64,000 nt of DNA from Candidatus Terraquivivens tengchongensis (GCA_023261845.1 JALNJZ010000001.1:1-64000); one strand, 5' to 3'. Positions 29,253 to 39,543 are shown, numbered from the stretch's first letter. Numbers and translations are program-made. The notes: generated by a model not told the origin, from the sequence alone.

Positions 29253-29954
29253 TTGAAAGCAGTAATTCTCGCAGGCGGTTATGGGAAGAGGCTCAGACCC
29301 CTGACCGAGAACGTTCCAAAACCATTACTCAATGTTTTAGGAAAACCGATACTCTGTTGGCAATTTGAATGGTTGAAAGCTCACGGCATCAGTGATATAA
29401 TAATATGCGCCGGTCACTTAAAGGAAAAGATTATGGAGGACATCGGTAGCGGTCAAAAGTTCGGCGTAAGGGTAGGATATGTCGTGGAGGATGAACCACT
29501 AGGGACCGGTGGAGCTCTCAACAACACGATACAGTTTCTCAGTAAAGAAGAGGCGTTTATCGTAGTTAATGGTGACGTGTTGACGAATCTAAATCCGATA
29601 GAGTTAATCAAAATACTTCGAGATGACGTTGTGGGAGCTATAGCCGTAATTCCTTTACCATCACCGTATGGTGTAGTAAGCTTCAATAACACTACGCTTA
29701 GAATAAATGAGTTTAAGGAGAAACCTAGACTTTCCGATTATTGGATAAACGCCGGCGTTTATGCCTTTACCCCTAAGGTCTTCAACTACTTACCGCAACA
29801 GGGTGATTTGGAGAAGACTACTTTCCCAGAGTTGGCGAGCCGAGGATTGCTTAAAGCCGTACCGTTTAACGAATGTGAATGGATAAGCATAGATACTCAT
29901 AAAGACCTTGAAGAGGCGACAAAGATTGTAAAAAGCTTGAACTTTAATCACTAA
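29253..29954 (+). CDS. sugar-phosphate nucleotidyltransferase
   Basis: AVILAGGYGKRLRPLT...PKPL, EPLGTGGA, NGD, EKP, INAGVY. Confidence 0.9.
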   Translation: MKAVILAGGYGKRLRPLTENVPKPLLNVLGKPILCWQFEWLKAHGISDIIICAGHLKEKIMEDIGSGQKFGVRVGYVVEDEPLGTGGALNNTIQFLSKEEAFIVVNGDVLTNLNPIELIKILRDDVVGAIAVIPLPSPYGVVSFNNTTLRINEFKEKPRLSDYWINAGVYAFTPKVFNYLPQQGDLEKTTFPELASRGLLKAVPFNECEWISIDTHKDLEEATKIVKSLNFNH

Positions 29955-29963
29955 ATGATGACA

Positions 29964-30473
29964 TTAAAGTTTTCTCGCCATTACGTATGCGTCTTCGCCA
30001 TCCATATAATAGTGTGTCTGTACCTCCACTTTTTGGAAGCCAAGTTTCTCGTACATCGTGATGGCGGGTTCGTTGGAAACCCTTACTTCTAAGTAAACTT
30101 CGTAGCAGTCATACTCATGCTTCAGCGCATCCATTGCACACTTCATTAAAGACGTACCTATATGCATCCGCCTATATTCAGGAAGGACTGCTATGGAGAC
30201 TATGTGACCCACCTTCTTCAACTTAAACCTATCTATCTTTGAAAATGTCCTCTCTACCCTACACATCACGTAGCCCACTATTTTCCCATTACATTCTGCG
30301 ACAAAGAAAGCTTTCGGGGCATCCCTATAAAGCGTCTCAAAGAAAGAGAACGTATAGTTTTCCGGGAGGCACAGTCTGTTAATGTACATTACTTGAAGTA
30401 GCTCGTTTGGATTATTTATGTTTCTTATAATAATGTTTGGTGGAATTTCAACGCATTTCGAAAGACCTTCCAC
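29964..30473 (-). CDS. ard1: archaeal N-terminal acetyltransferase Ard1/RimI
   Basis: INRLCLPENY, GHIVSIAVLPEYRR, LEVRVSN..AI..Y, YY.DGEDAY.M. Confidence 0.92.
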   Translation of the reverse strand: MEGLSKCVEIPPNIIIRNINNPNELLQVMYINRLCLPENYTFSFFETLYRDAPKAFFVAECNGKIVGYVMCRVERTFSKIDRFKLKKVGHIVSIAVLPEYRRMHIGTSLMKCAMDALKHEYDCYEVYLEVRVSNEPAITMYEKLGFQKVEVQTHYYMDGEDAYVMARKL

Positions 30474-30527
30474 GTGCGCACCACCGACACATATCTTTCA
30501 TTCCAAAGGGTTAGATAAAGATATTTA

Positions 30528-31667
30528 TTGAGGTTTAATGTAAAGGTTGTTGCGACGCATTTGTCAGAATTCGGGTACGGTTTAGAGGACTTAGAGGGCA
30601 TAAAGGCTCTTGTTATGAAAAGGTTCACGGTCGAGGATGTGTTTTTTGAAGAAAACGTCCTATCCTTCGTTATAAAGGAACGCTCCATTAAAGAACCGTT
30701 TAAAGCATTAGTTTTTGACTTGAGGAAGATTGGATACCTTCCAATGGCAGTTCGAGATGGTAATAAGGTACTCATAAGGGTGTTTCCTTACAGAAGGGTC
30801 ACTGAAAAAACGAGTAGGATGCCTTTAATATTGTTCTTTGTGACTATTGGTACAGTACTCATCGATGGATACCTGCGTTCCGTGTCGTATGCAGACATAT
30901 TTTCAAAAATATTCGGTCGGTTCAACTTTACGGACATTTTATTGAACACATTGTTTTTTGCAGTTGCTCTCATGGCTATAATAGGTCTGCATGAATTTGG
31001 TCATCTTCTTTCAGCTAGGTCTAGTGGCATAGGTGCAACGCCCCCATACTTCATACCGGGAGTACCAGGTCTCATGCCAACATTCGGTGCGGTAATATTC
31101 CAGAAAGATCCCGCGATAAATAAGGACAGTCTATTTGATAGCGGCATAAGTGGCCCTATCACGGGATTCATCGTGAGCATCTTTGTAACGATTGCGGCCT
31201 TTCTGACGGCTAACTGGCTGAGTGTGTCAGAATATGAAGTTGTCCAAACGCTAATAACAAGGGAAGGAGGAGTATTTTTACCTTCACCGCTCGCATTCTA
31301 TTTGATTAGACCCATTTTTGGTAAACCAGACATGGTACCTTTCTTTTCCACGCTAGGTTTTGCAGCGTGGCTTGGTATGGTAGTGACCGCAATAAACTTA
31401 TTCCCAGCATGGCAACTTGATGGTGGCAGAATCTTTAGGCCGCTACTATCGAGGAAGCAATACATCGTGGCTTCGTATGTTTCGGCGCTCATTCTAATAG
31501 TAATGGGGTACTTTTTGCTGGGCATCTTAATCTTACTTATGTCTTCTCGAACGCCCGATATAGTACCGCTTGACCAGGTCTCACCACTCTCGAAGAAAAG
31601 GAAGCTAGCCCTTCTAGGGGTTATTGGAATTCTCATACTGACCTTTGTACCCCTCTCCTTCTATTGA
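30528..31667 (+). CDS. site-2 protease (M50 family)
   Basis: HEFGH, PYFIP, TFGA, N.FPAWQLDGG. Confidence 0.92.
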   Translation: MRFNVKVVATHLSEFGYGLEDLEGIKALVMKRFTVEDVFFEENVLSFVIKERSIKEPFKALVFDLRKIGYLPMAVRDGNKVLIRVFPYRRVTEKTSRMPLILFFVTIGTVLIDGYLRSVSYADIFSKIFGRFNFTDILLNTLFFAVALMAIIGLHEFGHLLSARSSGIGATPPYFIPGVPGLMPTFGAVIFQKDPAINKDSLFDSGISGPITGFIVSIFVTIAAFLTANWLSVSEYEVVQTLITREGGVFLPSPLAFYLIRPIFGKPDMVPFFSTLGFAAWLGMVVTAINLFPAWQLDGGRIFRPLLSRKQYIVASYVSALILIVMGYFLLGILILLMSSRTPDIVPLDQVSPLSKKRKLALLGVIGILILTFVPLSFY

Positions 31668-32852
31668 TGCTGAGATTCTTGCTGCATTTGGGATCAAGGT
31701 TATGTCGCATTCTTTTCCTTTTATCCTAAAAGCATAGGAGAGTGCATCCGATAAAGTGTCAAACGCCTTCGCTTCCAATAACCTTTCCACGTAGGCCTTA
31801 GGTAGCGTTGAGACTAGAGCTACCTTACACTTTCTAGACAAGAGTTTAAACTTATTGATGAGTACGGCTTCGTGGTTAATTATGCTTGGCGGCCGGTAAT
31901 CGTCTTTCTCTGCTACATACCTGCCCAACTCCGCTGCGAATTCAGCACCACCCAATCCATTGCTACACTCGCTCGCTAGTATTAAGACACCATCGTTCTT
32001 TATTATGTGATCAAGATTTCCTAAAGCCTGGAGCGCATTCATCAATGTTGAGTCGTATGGTGCACCACCCGGGCTCACCATAAGTATATCTGTTTTATTC
32101 TTCAACCTTACCGTTAAGATGTCATGGGCCAAACTGGATGCAGAAGCCCTAACCCGTTCTGGCTGTCCCGCGAAAATTTTCACAAGTCCTTGTTTATCTG
32201 AGTGAACCGTCTGGAAGACAAGAGCAGGTTTAAGATTGTTAGCAACCTCCCACAGGCTTTCTATACTCTTCGCACGTTTCGGTTTTGATTTTGCATATGC
32301 TGTTCCCATAATAACTGCATGTCTGTAATCAAGTAAGCCGTAGGCACCATGATGTTCTGTAGGCGTGAGTACGAGCTTCAGGTCGCTACTCAAGTATTCG
32401 TGATGAACCTGGAGACCGCTAGCATCGTCCAAAACCCATCCAGAAGATTCTGAGTAACGGTCCACGACGACTACATTAACCTTGGTAACATCAATGCCTT
32501 CAACGCTTGTAAAATTTTCGATCCCTACCTTTCCATACCTCCAAGGCGAAAGCAATATGCTGAAAGATTTTCCGTCGCTCTTGTGTTGAATAAAAAAATC
32601 TATTAGTTTTCTGTAGACACGTAAGAAACTTTCAGCGGGCAATTGTGTATCAACCAAGAGCGAAATTTTCTTTGAGGAACGGATTAAACTTTCAAGCTCC
32701 CCATACCCTAAACTCTCGATAGCCGATTCTACCTCTGCTTCAACGTTCTCGACTTCGGCCGGCTTACCAGGTTCTGCTATAAAGCACTGCGTCTCCGATG
32801 GTACGTCAACAAAGATCTCTGTTTTGCCATACTTTAGCCAAAGCTCAACCAA
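31614..32852 (-). CDS. LarA (lactate racemase)-superfamily protein, divergent
   Basis: L.YGK N-terminus, SPGGAPYD..L..A, G.LILASECSNGLG. Start set at TTG 32852. Confidence 0.7.
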   Translation of the reverse strand: MVELWLKYGKTEIFVDVPSETQCFIAEPGKPAEVENVEAEVESAIESLGYGELESLIRSSKKISLLVDTQLPAESFLRVYRKLIDFFIQHKSDGKSFSILLSPWRYGKVGIENFTSVEGIDVTKVNVVVVDRYSESSGWVLDDASGLQVHHEYLSSDLKLVLTPTEHHGAYGLLDYRHAVIMGTAYAKSKPKRAKSIESLWEVANNLKPALVFQTVHSDKQGLVKIFAGQPERVRASASSLAHDILTVRLKNKTDILMVSPGGAPYDSTLMNALQALGNLDHIIKNDGVLILASECSNGLGGAEFAAELGRYVAEKDDYRPPSIINHEAVLINKFKLLSRKCKVALVSTLPKAYVERLLEAKAFDTLSDALSYAFRIKGKECDITLIPNAARISASIEGEGYKGQYENSNNP

Positions 32853-32918
32853 ATCGTTCCGACCTTCCCGTAGTAGGTTAATAAGATTGATATAAGTGAT
32901 TGTGTATATAGTGTCGCA

Positions 32919-33542
32919 ATGGAGCCCCAAAATATCCTTTCATTTATATCCTCAAGGGCGAGTGCAAAGGTTCCGGGCGGTGGGGATGTCTCGCTTGATG
33001 AGGTTATAAGGGCGCTGGAGGTTGCGACTTCCGCACCCTCAGCACATAATGCTCAACCTTGGAGGTTTATCATCGTTAAAGATTCAAGAGTAAAAGAAAA
33101 ACTGATCGAAGAAATGGCAGCTTTATGGTGTGATGATTTAAGGAGAGACGGGCTGGATGAAAAGATCATAGACGAAACGGTAAGAACATCAACGGAAAGA
33201 AGCATGAAGGCATCGGTTATCATCGTGGTATGTCTTACGATGGAAGACATGCACAAGTACCCTGACGATAGACGGAGGATGTGCGAATACATAATGGCAG
33301 TCCAATCGGTCGCCGCCGCGATAGAAAATATGCTTTTGGCGTTCCATGCGATGGGCATATCAGCTTGTTGGAGGAGCAGCGCGCTGTTTGCTCCAGAAGT
33401 CGTAAAGAGAGTTTTAAAGATCCCTGACTCTTTCGAGCCACAAGCAATCGTGGAAGTCTCACGTGGAGGCATATCGTCAAAACCTCCCAGAAAACCGTTA
33501 AGTGAAGTTGCATGTCTAAACTTTTGGGGGAATCCTGTATGA
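32919..33542 (+). CDS. nitroreductase, FbiB-C-terminal/FbiE-like (putative dehydro-F420 reductase)
   Basis: APSAHNAQPWRF, W.DDL.RDGL, HKYPD.RR..E..M; stop overlaps the cofD ATG. Confidence 0.8.
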   Translation: MEPQNILSFISSRASAKVPGGGDVSLDEVIRALEVATSAPSAHNAQPWRFIIVKDSRVKEKLIEEMAALWCDDLRRDGLDEKIIDETVRTSTERSMKASVIIVVCLTMEDMHKYPDDRRRMCEYIMAVQSVAAAIENMLLAFHAMGISACWRSSALFAPEVVKRVLKIPDSFEPQAIVEVSRGGISSKPPRKPLSEVACLNFWGNPV

Positions 33543-34477
33543 TAACTACGCTTGCTGGTGGTGTCGGAGCTGCTAAGCTTATTGATGGGCTTTCCTCGAT
33601 AGTTCCGCCTGAAGAGCTCACGATAATCGTTAACACAGGAGACGACTGTGAGTTCCATGGTTTGCACATCTCACCTGACCTTGACATAATCACTTACACT
33701 TTGGCAGGATTGGTGGACGAGGAAAAAGGCTGGGGCATAAAGAACGATACATTCAACTGCCTTGAGATGTTGGAGGCTTACGGTCACGATACTTGGTTCA
33801 GGCTCGGAGATAGAGACCTAGCAACCCATATCCACAGGACAATGATGTTAAGGTCCGGTTACAAGCTCTCCGAAGTTACGAAGGACATATGTGCCAAGCT
33901 TCGCATCAAGCAAAGGATCATACCGATGACTGACGATTACTTCGCGACAAAGATAAAGACCGACACGGGCATCATACATTTTCAAGAATATTTGGTGAAG
34001 AGAGGTGCCGTTGATGTCGTTCACGGGATTGTGTACGATGGTGTTGAGGGCGCGAAGCCTGCGCCGGGCGTTATAGAATCAATAATGGATGCCAAGGTCG
34101 TTATCGTATGTCCAAGCAACCCTTTGGTGAGCATAGGTACGATACTCGCCATTAAGGGCGTACGTCAAGTCCTAAGGGAAACTAAAGCCAAGAAGATCGC
34201 TGTTTCGCCTATAATTGGCGGTACCGTCGTCAAGGGACCTGCAGACAAGATGATGAGGTACTTGGGGATCGAGGTCTCTGCTCTAGGTGTAGCCAAACTA
34301 TATTCCGACTTCCTAGACATATTTGTAATGGATGAGGTTGATGCACCACTCGTGCATGAAGTTGAAAAACTGGGCATAAAGGCTGTTGTAACTAACACAC
34401 TGATGAAGACTAAGGATGACAGGATTAGGTTGGCAAAATTTGTCTTGGATGTAGCCTCGGTATATAAAAAAGCTTAG
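33539..34477 (+). CDS. cofD: 2-phospho-L-lactate transferase CofD/FbiA
   Basis: LAGGVGAAK, VNTGDD, SPDLD, WF.LGDRDLATH, HFQEY, PSNP.VSIG, GPA. Confidence 0.95.
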   Translation: MITTLAGGVGAAKLIDGLSSIVPPEELTIIVNTGDDCEFHGLHISPDLDIITYTLAGLVDEEKGWGIKNDTFNCLEMLEAYGHDTWFRLGDRDLATHIHRTMMLRSGYKLSEVTKDICAKLRIKQRIIPMTDDYFATKIKTDTGIIHFQEYLVKRGAVDVVHGIVYDGVEGAKPAPGVIESIMDAKVVIVCPSNPLVSIGTILAIKGVRQVLRETKAKKIAVSPIIGGTVVKGPADKMMRYLGIEVSALGVAKLYSDFLDIFVMDEVDAPLVHEVEKLGIKAVVTNTLMKTKDDRIRLAKFVLDVASVYKKA

Positions 34478-35487
34478 GGTACTAGGACGGCCCTTGCCCT
34501 GACTTCGCCCATCTTTAGCTTCTTTAAGACTTCGTTCACTTTCTCTAAAGGATATTTTTCGCAGACTGGCTTTATCTTTCCGGCACGTGCCAACTTTATC
34601 ACGTCCCTCATCATCCACCTCGAGCCGATCACCGAGCCGACTATTCTTTTCTCTTCATGGAAGAAGAATTCGCCAAGTTTGACGTGAACGCCCATGACTA
34701 TTGTTCCGAATGGTTTTGTGACCTTTATAGCCTGCTCTGCGGCAACATCTGAAGGCGCGAAGACTATGCTGGCATCAACCCCGCCCAGTTTCCTTATCTC
34801 CTCCACTGGGTCGCTGGTTGATGAATTTATTATTACGTCGGCTCCAAGCTCTTTTGCAACCTCCAGATGTGCTTTATTCCTGCTGACTGCCAAGACCTCA
34901 GCGCCATAAAGCTTAGCGATTTGGACGACCATGTGACCTACTCCACATATACCGAAGACTGCTACCCTCTTCCCTGGCTTCAGCTCCGCCTTAAGCACCG
35001 CACCGTACGCTGTCACACCAGGACAGAAAAGCGGAGCGGCTTCGATCGTGTCTAAGTTGTCAGGGATCGGATAGACGTATCGCCAATCAGCGAGAACGTA
35101 CTCAGCATACCCACCATCAACGGTCTCACCAGTTATCTTCTTGCTAGGGCAAAGGTGCTCAAAACCCCTCAGGCAATACTCACACCTACCGCAAGCAGTC
35201 CAGAGTGGTTGAATGCCAACCCTCTGCCTAATGCTCAGACCTTCCACGCCCCGACCGATTTCGTGTATCGTGCCAACTATCTCATGTCCAGGTATTATCG
35301 GTAATTTTGACGGTAAGCCATACTTAACCCAATCCCCTTCGATCATGTGAAGGTTCGATCTACACACACCGCATGCTTCTACCTTAACTAGAATCTGATT
35401 ATCTTTTGGTTCGGGTACTGGTACATCTTCGATAACGATCGGATCCTTCTCGACAGGGGCTGGCTTATAGAGGAGTGCTGCTTTCAT
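34474..35487 (-). CDS. zinc-dependent alcohol dehydrogenase
   Basis: CGVCRSNLH, GHE, C..CEYC...C, APLFCPGVT. Confidence 0.92.
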   Translation of the reverse strand: MKAALLYKPAPVEKDPIVIEDVPVPEPKDNQILVKVEACGVCRSNLHMIEGDWVKYGLPSKLPIIPGHEIVGTIHEIGRGVEGLSIRQRVGIQPLWTACGRCEYCLRGFEHLCPSKKITGETVDGGYAEYVLADWRYVYPIPDNLDTIEAAPLFCPGVTAYGAVLKAELKPGKRVAVFGICGVGHMVVQIAKLYGAEVLAVSRNKAHLEVAKELGADVIINSSTSDPVEEIRKLGGVDASIVFAPSDVAAEQAIKVTKPFGTIVMGVHVKLGEFFFHEEKRIVGSVIGSRWMMRDVIKLARAGKIKPVCEKYPLEKVNEVLKKLKMGEVRARAVLVP

Positions 35488-35566
35488 ATTTAGTAGATTC
35501 TCGTGACGCTTTATAAAAATTCTTGGTATTATGTAACCAGGTGAAGTTTTATGTCAAGACGCATTT

Positions 35567-38500
35567 CTAGCTTATCCTTTTGATCTCCTCATAGATGTCT
35601 CTTAACATATCCTCATAGTTGGCTGCTCTACTTTCAACATCGTCCATCATCTTGAGCAAAAGCCTAGTTCTCTCTTCGGATACAAAACTGCCATAATTCT
35701 TTTCCAAAAATTCAAAGACCTTACGCCCAACATTTGTTGGGAAGAGTAGACGGTTTCTTTCTGTGACGTACCCCCTTCGGAAAAGCTTATCAATTATGGT
35801 TGCGTATGTGGATGGTCTGCCTATTGCCCTCTCCTTCATGAGCCTTATTACATCGGCCTGCGTGTAGGGGTAAGCTAAAGGCACTACCCGGTATTCTAAC
35901 TCGACATCGTGGACTCCTTCTGGAAGCTCCTTATCAACAACTATACTTCTGTAGAGTTCTAAAGCCCTTCCTCTCGCTTCGACTATCCTCTCGACTATCT
36001 TCTCTTTATCCAAAAACTTCAATAGGTATTTCTTGACTTTAACCTCAAACTCACGACACTGGCTTGCCATGAAACGCCTAAAGATTAGGTCGTAAAGAGC
36101 GAAGTGTTTGGCTGTCATCTCCTCGGCCGGTACGACTCCCTCATAGATCATTCTCTGGAGCGTGAACCTATCCCAAGGCCTCGTAGGTCTTATGCATTCA
36201 TGAGCACCCTCAGCCACGGACCAATGCCTACCTGCAAAATCTTCTCTAAGAAACTCCTTTGCGATCCTTAGCCCGACGTCGCTTACATATGTCGAGTCCG
36301 TTCTGTGATAAGTGACGAAGCCACTCTCGAAAAGGCCTTGGGCAAGCTTCATTGTCACATCAGAGCTCAACTGTAGAATTCTGTTAGCATCTCTCAGCAT
36401 CTCATCTGTTGTATAGGGCGGGAGCGGTAAGCGTTTTTCCCACTTCTCTTCTATTAGCGAGATTTCTATACGTAGCCGTTTTTGTTCATCTTCCAGCTCT
36501 TCAAAAGCTAAGCCCAGTTGCGGAGCGTAAGCAACCTTCTTTTTCTTCTTGAATTCATCCGCACGCTGGATTACCCATCCTAGAACGGGCGTTTGAACCC
36601 TGCCTGCAGACAGGTTATAATCTCCAAAACGTTTCCAGAGTAATTGCGAAAGGACAAAACCTATCCACCTATCTTCTATTCTCCGGAGTATTTGAGCCTT
36701 CACAAGATCTTCGTTGATGTTCCTTAAGTTTGAAAAGGCCTTCATGAGTGCCATAGGTGTGACCTCGTGAAATTCTGCACGTTTTATCTCGGCTAATCCA
36801 CTTAGGATGTTTTTTAAGTCCCAAGCAATCTTCTCACCCTCAGCATCCGGGTCGGTACCTATTATGACCAATCCTGTTTGGTAAGCAATGTTTCTGATAG
36901 CATCTATCCTATCTGCCGAATCGTCTATATCATCGTATCCGCACATTGGACATCTGTCCTGTTTGTTGGTGAACTGATAGTTGCATCGTTTACATCGCTT
37001 TATTGTCGTGTATATCGGTGTGAAGTTGCCGTTAACCTGAACTCCGTGAAAACCTCTATCCACAACTAGGTCAACTATATGGCCGAGACACGCAGTTATA
37101 GATAGCACATAATTTTGGCTCGCAACCTCGTACACAATCAAATTATTGAGAACTTTAATGCTTGGACGTCCAAAAAACCTTGATATTATTCTTGCTTTCG
37201 TCGGACTTTCGACGATGAATACTGCAGGCCTTATTTCCTCAATCGCACGATGTCTGAGTATTCTGGTCTCATCAATTTCTTTCTTTAATGACTCGAAGTC
37301 AGCATTGTTGAAGACCTTAAACGTTATGTCGTAATATTTTGCTCTTTTGATGAATGCATTCAATATTTCTTCGTCTTCTTCCAACAAAAATGACGCGCCC
37401 TTCGTTAGACCGTTAATGGTTAGTCTGGACGACCTCCCGGAGCCCTGGATGTAAGTTTTGAGATCTGGAAGTATTATTTCATTTTCTTTTATGACGAAAT
37501 CTTCGACTTTTCTTCTTTGCAAAATTTCGCTTATCAGTTTTTTAATTTCTTCCAGTTTTTCTGGATGTTTCTCCAAACTGAGTATTAACGGAAGATTTCT
37601 CCGTATGGGTTCTTCTTCCTGTAAGCTCAATGCCAGAACCTTTATCAGCTTAGGTGTTAGGGCTTCGTATTTGAATCTTAAAACAGGGGCACCGATGAAA
37701 ATAACATATCTTATCTTCTGAGGGAGGTCCAACCCTCTAACGAGTAAACCATAATAATACGACGTTCCAATTAGATGGTCAACACTACCTTCGCAAAAAA
37801 GATCATAATCCTCCTTCCTCCCAGCCAACACGAGTCCAATCCTGAATTCATCCTTTAATGCATTGTAATATTTTTCAGCCTCCTCACTATTTCGGGCATA
37901 AATTATGCAGCCCTTACCCATGATTCTTAGAATCTCCTTTACTTTTTCTGGTCCTTCCAAGTTTAAGTAAAAATCTTCAACATTCCTAACCGTGAAGAAA
38001 GAGGAGCCGACGTCGAAATTTAACAATTTTCTAAACAGCATTGTAGCCTTGCCTTTGCTCGTGGTCGCCGTGGAAACTACCAGGACACCTCTTGGTTCAC
38101 CAGCCCATTCTCCATTGACCTTCTTAAACCCTAGAAGATATAGAATCCTTTCCACGTTTTTTGAGGCTTTCAAGATAGCATCTACATCATCAACGAATAT
38201 GAAGTTGAAATGGATGTTCTTGAACTTCTCAAACCTCTTGGAAAGAAAGGCGGCTGTAGTTACCAAAATGTTAAAGTCACCATTCTTGAGGATTTCCTCG
38301 AATTTTCCTTTCTCTTCTCTATCAATTTTTTCATGGTAGAAAGCTAATGTTACGTCTCCCTTTTCGTTCATACCTACACTTTTACCTATCTTTAAGCAAA
38401 AGTTTCTCAGCTCATTAACGCATTGTTCAACTAATATCGTCGTGGGGACTATAACGTAATTTTTCTTTCCCTTTAATGCTAAAAAGAGTGAGGCGATCAA

Positions 38501-38764
38501 CCCGAAAGCGGTTTTTCCGATTCCGGTCGGAGCCACGACGGTGAAGCTTTCATTCCTGACAAACCTTTTTATCCAAAACTTTTGTATTTCTCTTGGTTCA
38601 CCCAATATTTTCCTGAATAAGTTTTCGAGTTCTGTTTCTTCATCAACACGTACCGCTGAGTTGAACGGAACGTTCTTAACGCTACACTTTATTTCAGAAA
38701 TTTCCTCCGAAGACACGTCCTTTTTGCAGACAATGCATAAGTCTTCGTATATTACTGGCATCAC
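35567..38764 (-). CDS. rgy: reverse gyrase
   Basis: SF2 domain (APTGIGKT, DDVD, YIQGSGRSSR) fused to topo IA (VESPTKA, DPDAEGE, SAGRVQTP, TYHRTDS, GRPSTYA). Confidence 0.97.
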   Translation of the reverse strand: MMPVIYEDLCIVCKKDVSSEEISEIKCSVKNVPFNSAVRVDEETELENLFRKILGEPREIQKFWIKRFVRNESFTVVAPTGIGKTAFGLIASLFLALKGKKNYVIVPTTILVEQCVNELRNFCLKIGKSVGMNEKGDVTLAFYHEKIDREEKGKFEEILKNGDFNILVTTAAFLSKRFEKFKNIHFNFIFVDDVDAILKASKNVERILYLLGFKKVNGEWAGEPRGVLVVSTATTSKGKATMLFRKLLNFDVGSSFFTVRNVEDFYLNLEGPEKVKEILRIMGKGCIIYARNSEEAEKYYNALKDEFRIGLVLAGRKEDYDLFCEGSVDHLIGTSYYYGLLVRGLDLPQKIRYVIFIGAPVLRFKYEALTPKLIKVLALSLQEEEPIRRNLPLILSLEKHPEKLEEIKKLISEILQRRKVEDFVIKENEIILPDLKTYIQGSGRSSRLTINGLTKGASFLLEEDEEILNAFIKRAKYYDITFKVFNNADFESLKKEIDETRILRHRAIEEIRPAVFIVESPTKARIISRFFGRPSIKVLNNLIVYEVASQNYVLSITACLGHIVDLVVDRGFHGVQVNGNFTPIYTTIKRCKRCNYQFTNKQDRCPMCGYDDIDDSADRIDAIRNIAYQTGLVIIGTDPDAEGEKIAWDLKNILSGLAEIKRAEFHEVTPMALMKAFSNLRNINEDLVKAQILRRIEDRWIGFVLSQLLWKRFGDYNLSAGRVQTPVLGWVIQRADEFKKKKKVAYAPQLGLAFEELEDEQKRLRIEISLIEEKWEKRLPLPPYTTDEMLRDANRILQLSSDVTMKLAQGLFESGFVTYHRTDSTYVSDVGLRIAKEFLREDFAGRHWSVAEGAHECIRPTRPWDRFTLQRMIYEGVVPAEEMTAKHFALYDLIFRRFMASQCREFEVKVKKYLLKFLDKEKIVERIVEARGRALELYRSIVVDKELPEGVHDVELEYRVVPLAYPYTQADVIRLMKERAIGRPSTYATIIDKLFRRGYVTERNRLLFPTNVGRKVFEFLEKNYGSFVSEERTRLLLKMMDDVESRAANYEDMLRDIYEEIKRIS

Positions 38765-38898
38765 TCTTTATCCCCACAAAAACCTCTGATGGTAATCAAC
38801 ACTGCCTAAATTTTTACTTTTGGTTTATGCTTAGTATAAGGAAGTTGTTTAAGGAAATTAAAAATTTAATATTTAACGAAATTAAACTTACACTTGTC

Positions 38899-39543
38899 TT
38901 GCTCGAGTTTGCGATAATCCCGGTTAAGAAGTTGGCGGATGGAAAATCAAGGCTTAGAAGTTTGCTTACACAGGAGCAACGTAAATACCTCATCCTCAAG
39001 ATGCTTGAATTTGTTGTCGATGCTTGCGTTGAGGCTGGTTTAAGCAGGGTGCATGTAATCGGGAGCGACCCTGAAGTTGAGACGTTGGTTAAACAAAAAG
39101 GGTTGTCTTTCATATCTGACATGTGGTGTGGACTTAATGAGTCTCTTGAGGGGGCTATTAGCATGCTTTACTCAAAACATGCGGGAGGCTTTGTCATACT
39201 TCCCTGCGACCTTCCATTACTCTTACCGGAAGATGTGAAAACCATAGGAAGATTATTGGAGTACAATGATGTCGTAATTTCTCCTTCTTTTGGGTTAAGG
39301 GGTACAAATGCTCTAGCGATGAAGGAAGCGCATATAATCAAGATGCAATTTGGAGCTTCAAGCTTCCCTAAACATGTATCCTCAGCAAGGGCATGCGGTA
39401 AGAGGGTGGCGATATATGCATCGCTAGGAGTATGCCTAGATGTGGACTTACCTAAAGACTTGAAAATGCTTAGTAATTTATCAAGGTTGAGTCATAAAGG
39501 TGTTAATAGGGTTAGAACTGCTTTAGATTACTTACGCTTGTGA
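38899..39543 (+). CDS. cofC: 2-phospho-L-lactate/PEP guanylyltransferase CofC/FbiD
   Basis: IIPVK...GKSRL, GLN, DLPLL, GTNAL, FG..SF..H, DVD.P.DL. Start set at TTG 38899. Confidence 0.92.
   Translation: MLEFAIIPVKKLADGKSRLRSLLTQEQRKYLILKMLEFVVDACVEAGLSRVHVIGSDPEVETLVKQKGLSFISDMWCGLNESLEGAISMLYSKHAGGFVILPCDLPLLLPEDVKTIGRLLEYNDVVISPSFGLRGTNALAMKEAHIIKMQFGASSFPKHVSSARACGKRVAIYASLGVCLDVDLPKDLKMLSNLSRLSHKGVNRVRTALDYLRL

Noticed and set aside
33053-33693. Long antisense ORFs (204 and 152 aa) over the nitroreductase/cofD, and similar shadow ORFs elsewhere (e.g. 378-851, 41288-41887, 50094-50540)
   Set aside because: They lie opposite well-supported genes, are Ser/Ile/Phe-rich as expected for antisense frames, and have no motifs.
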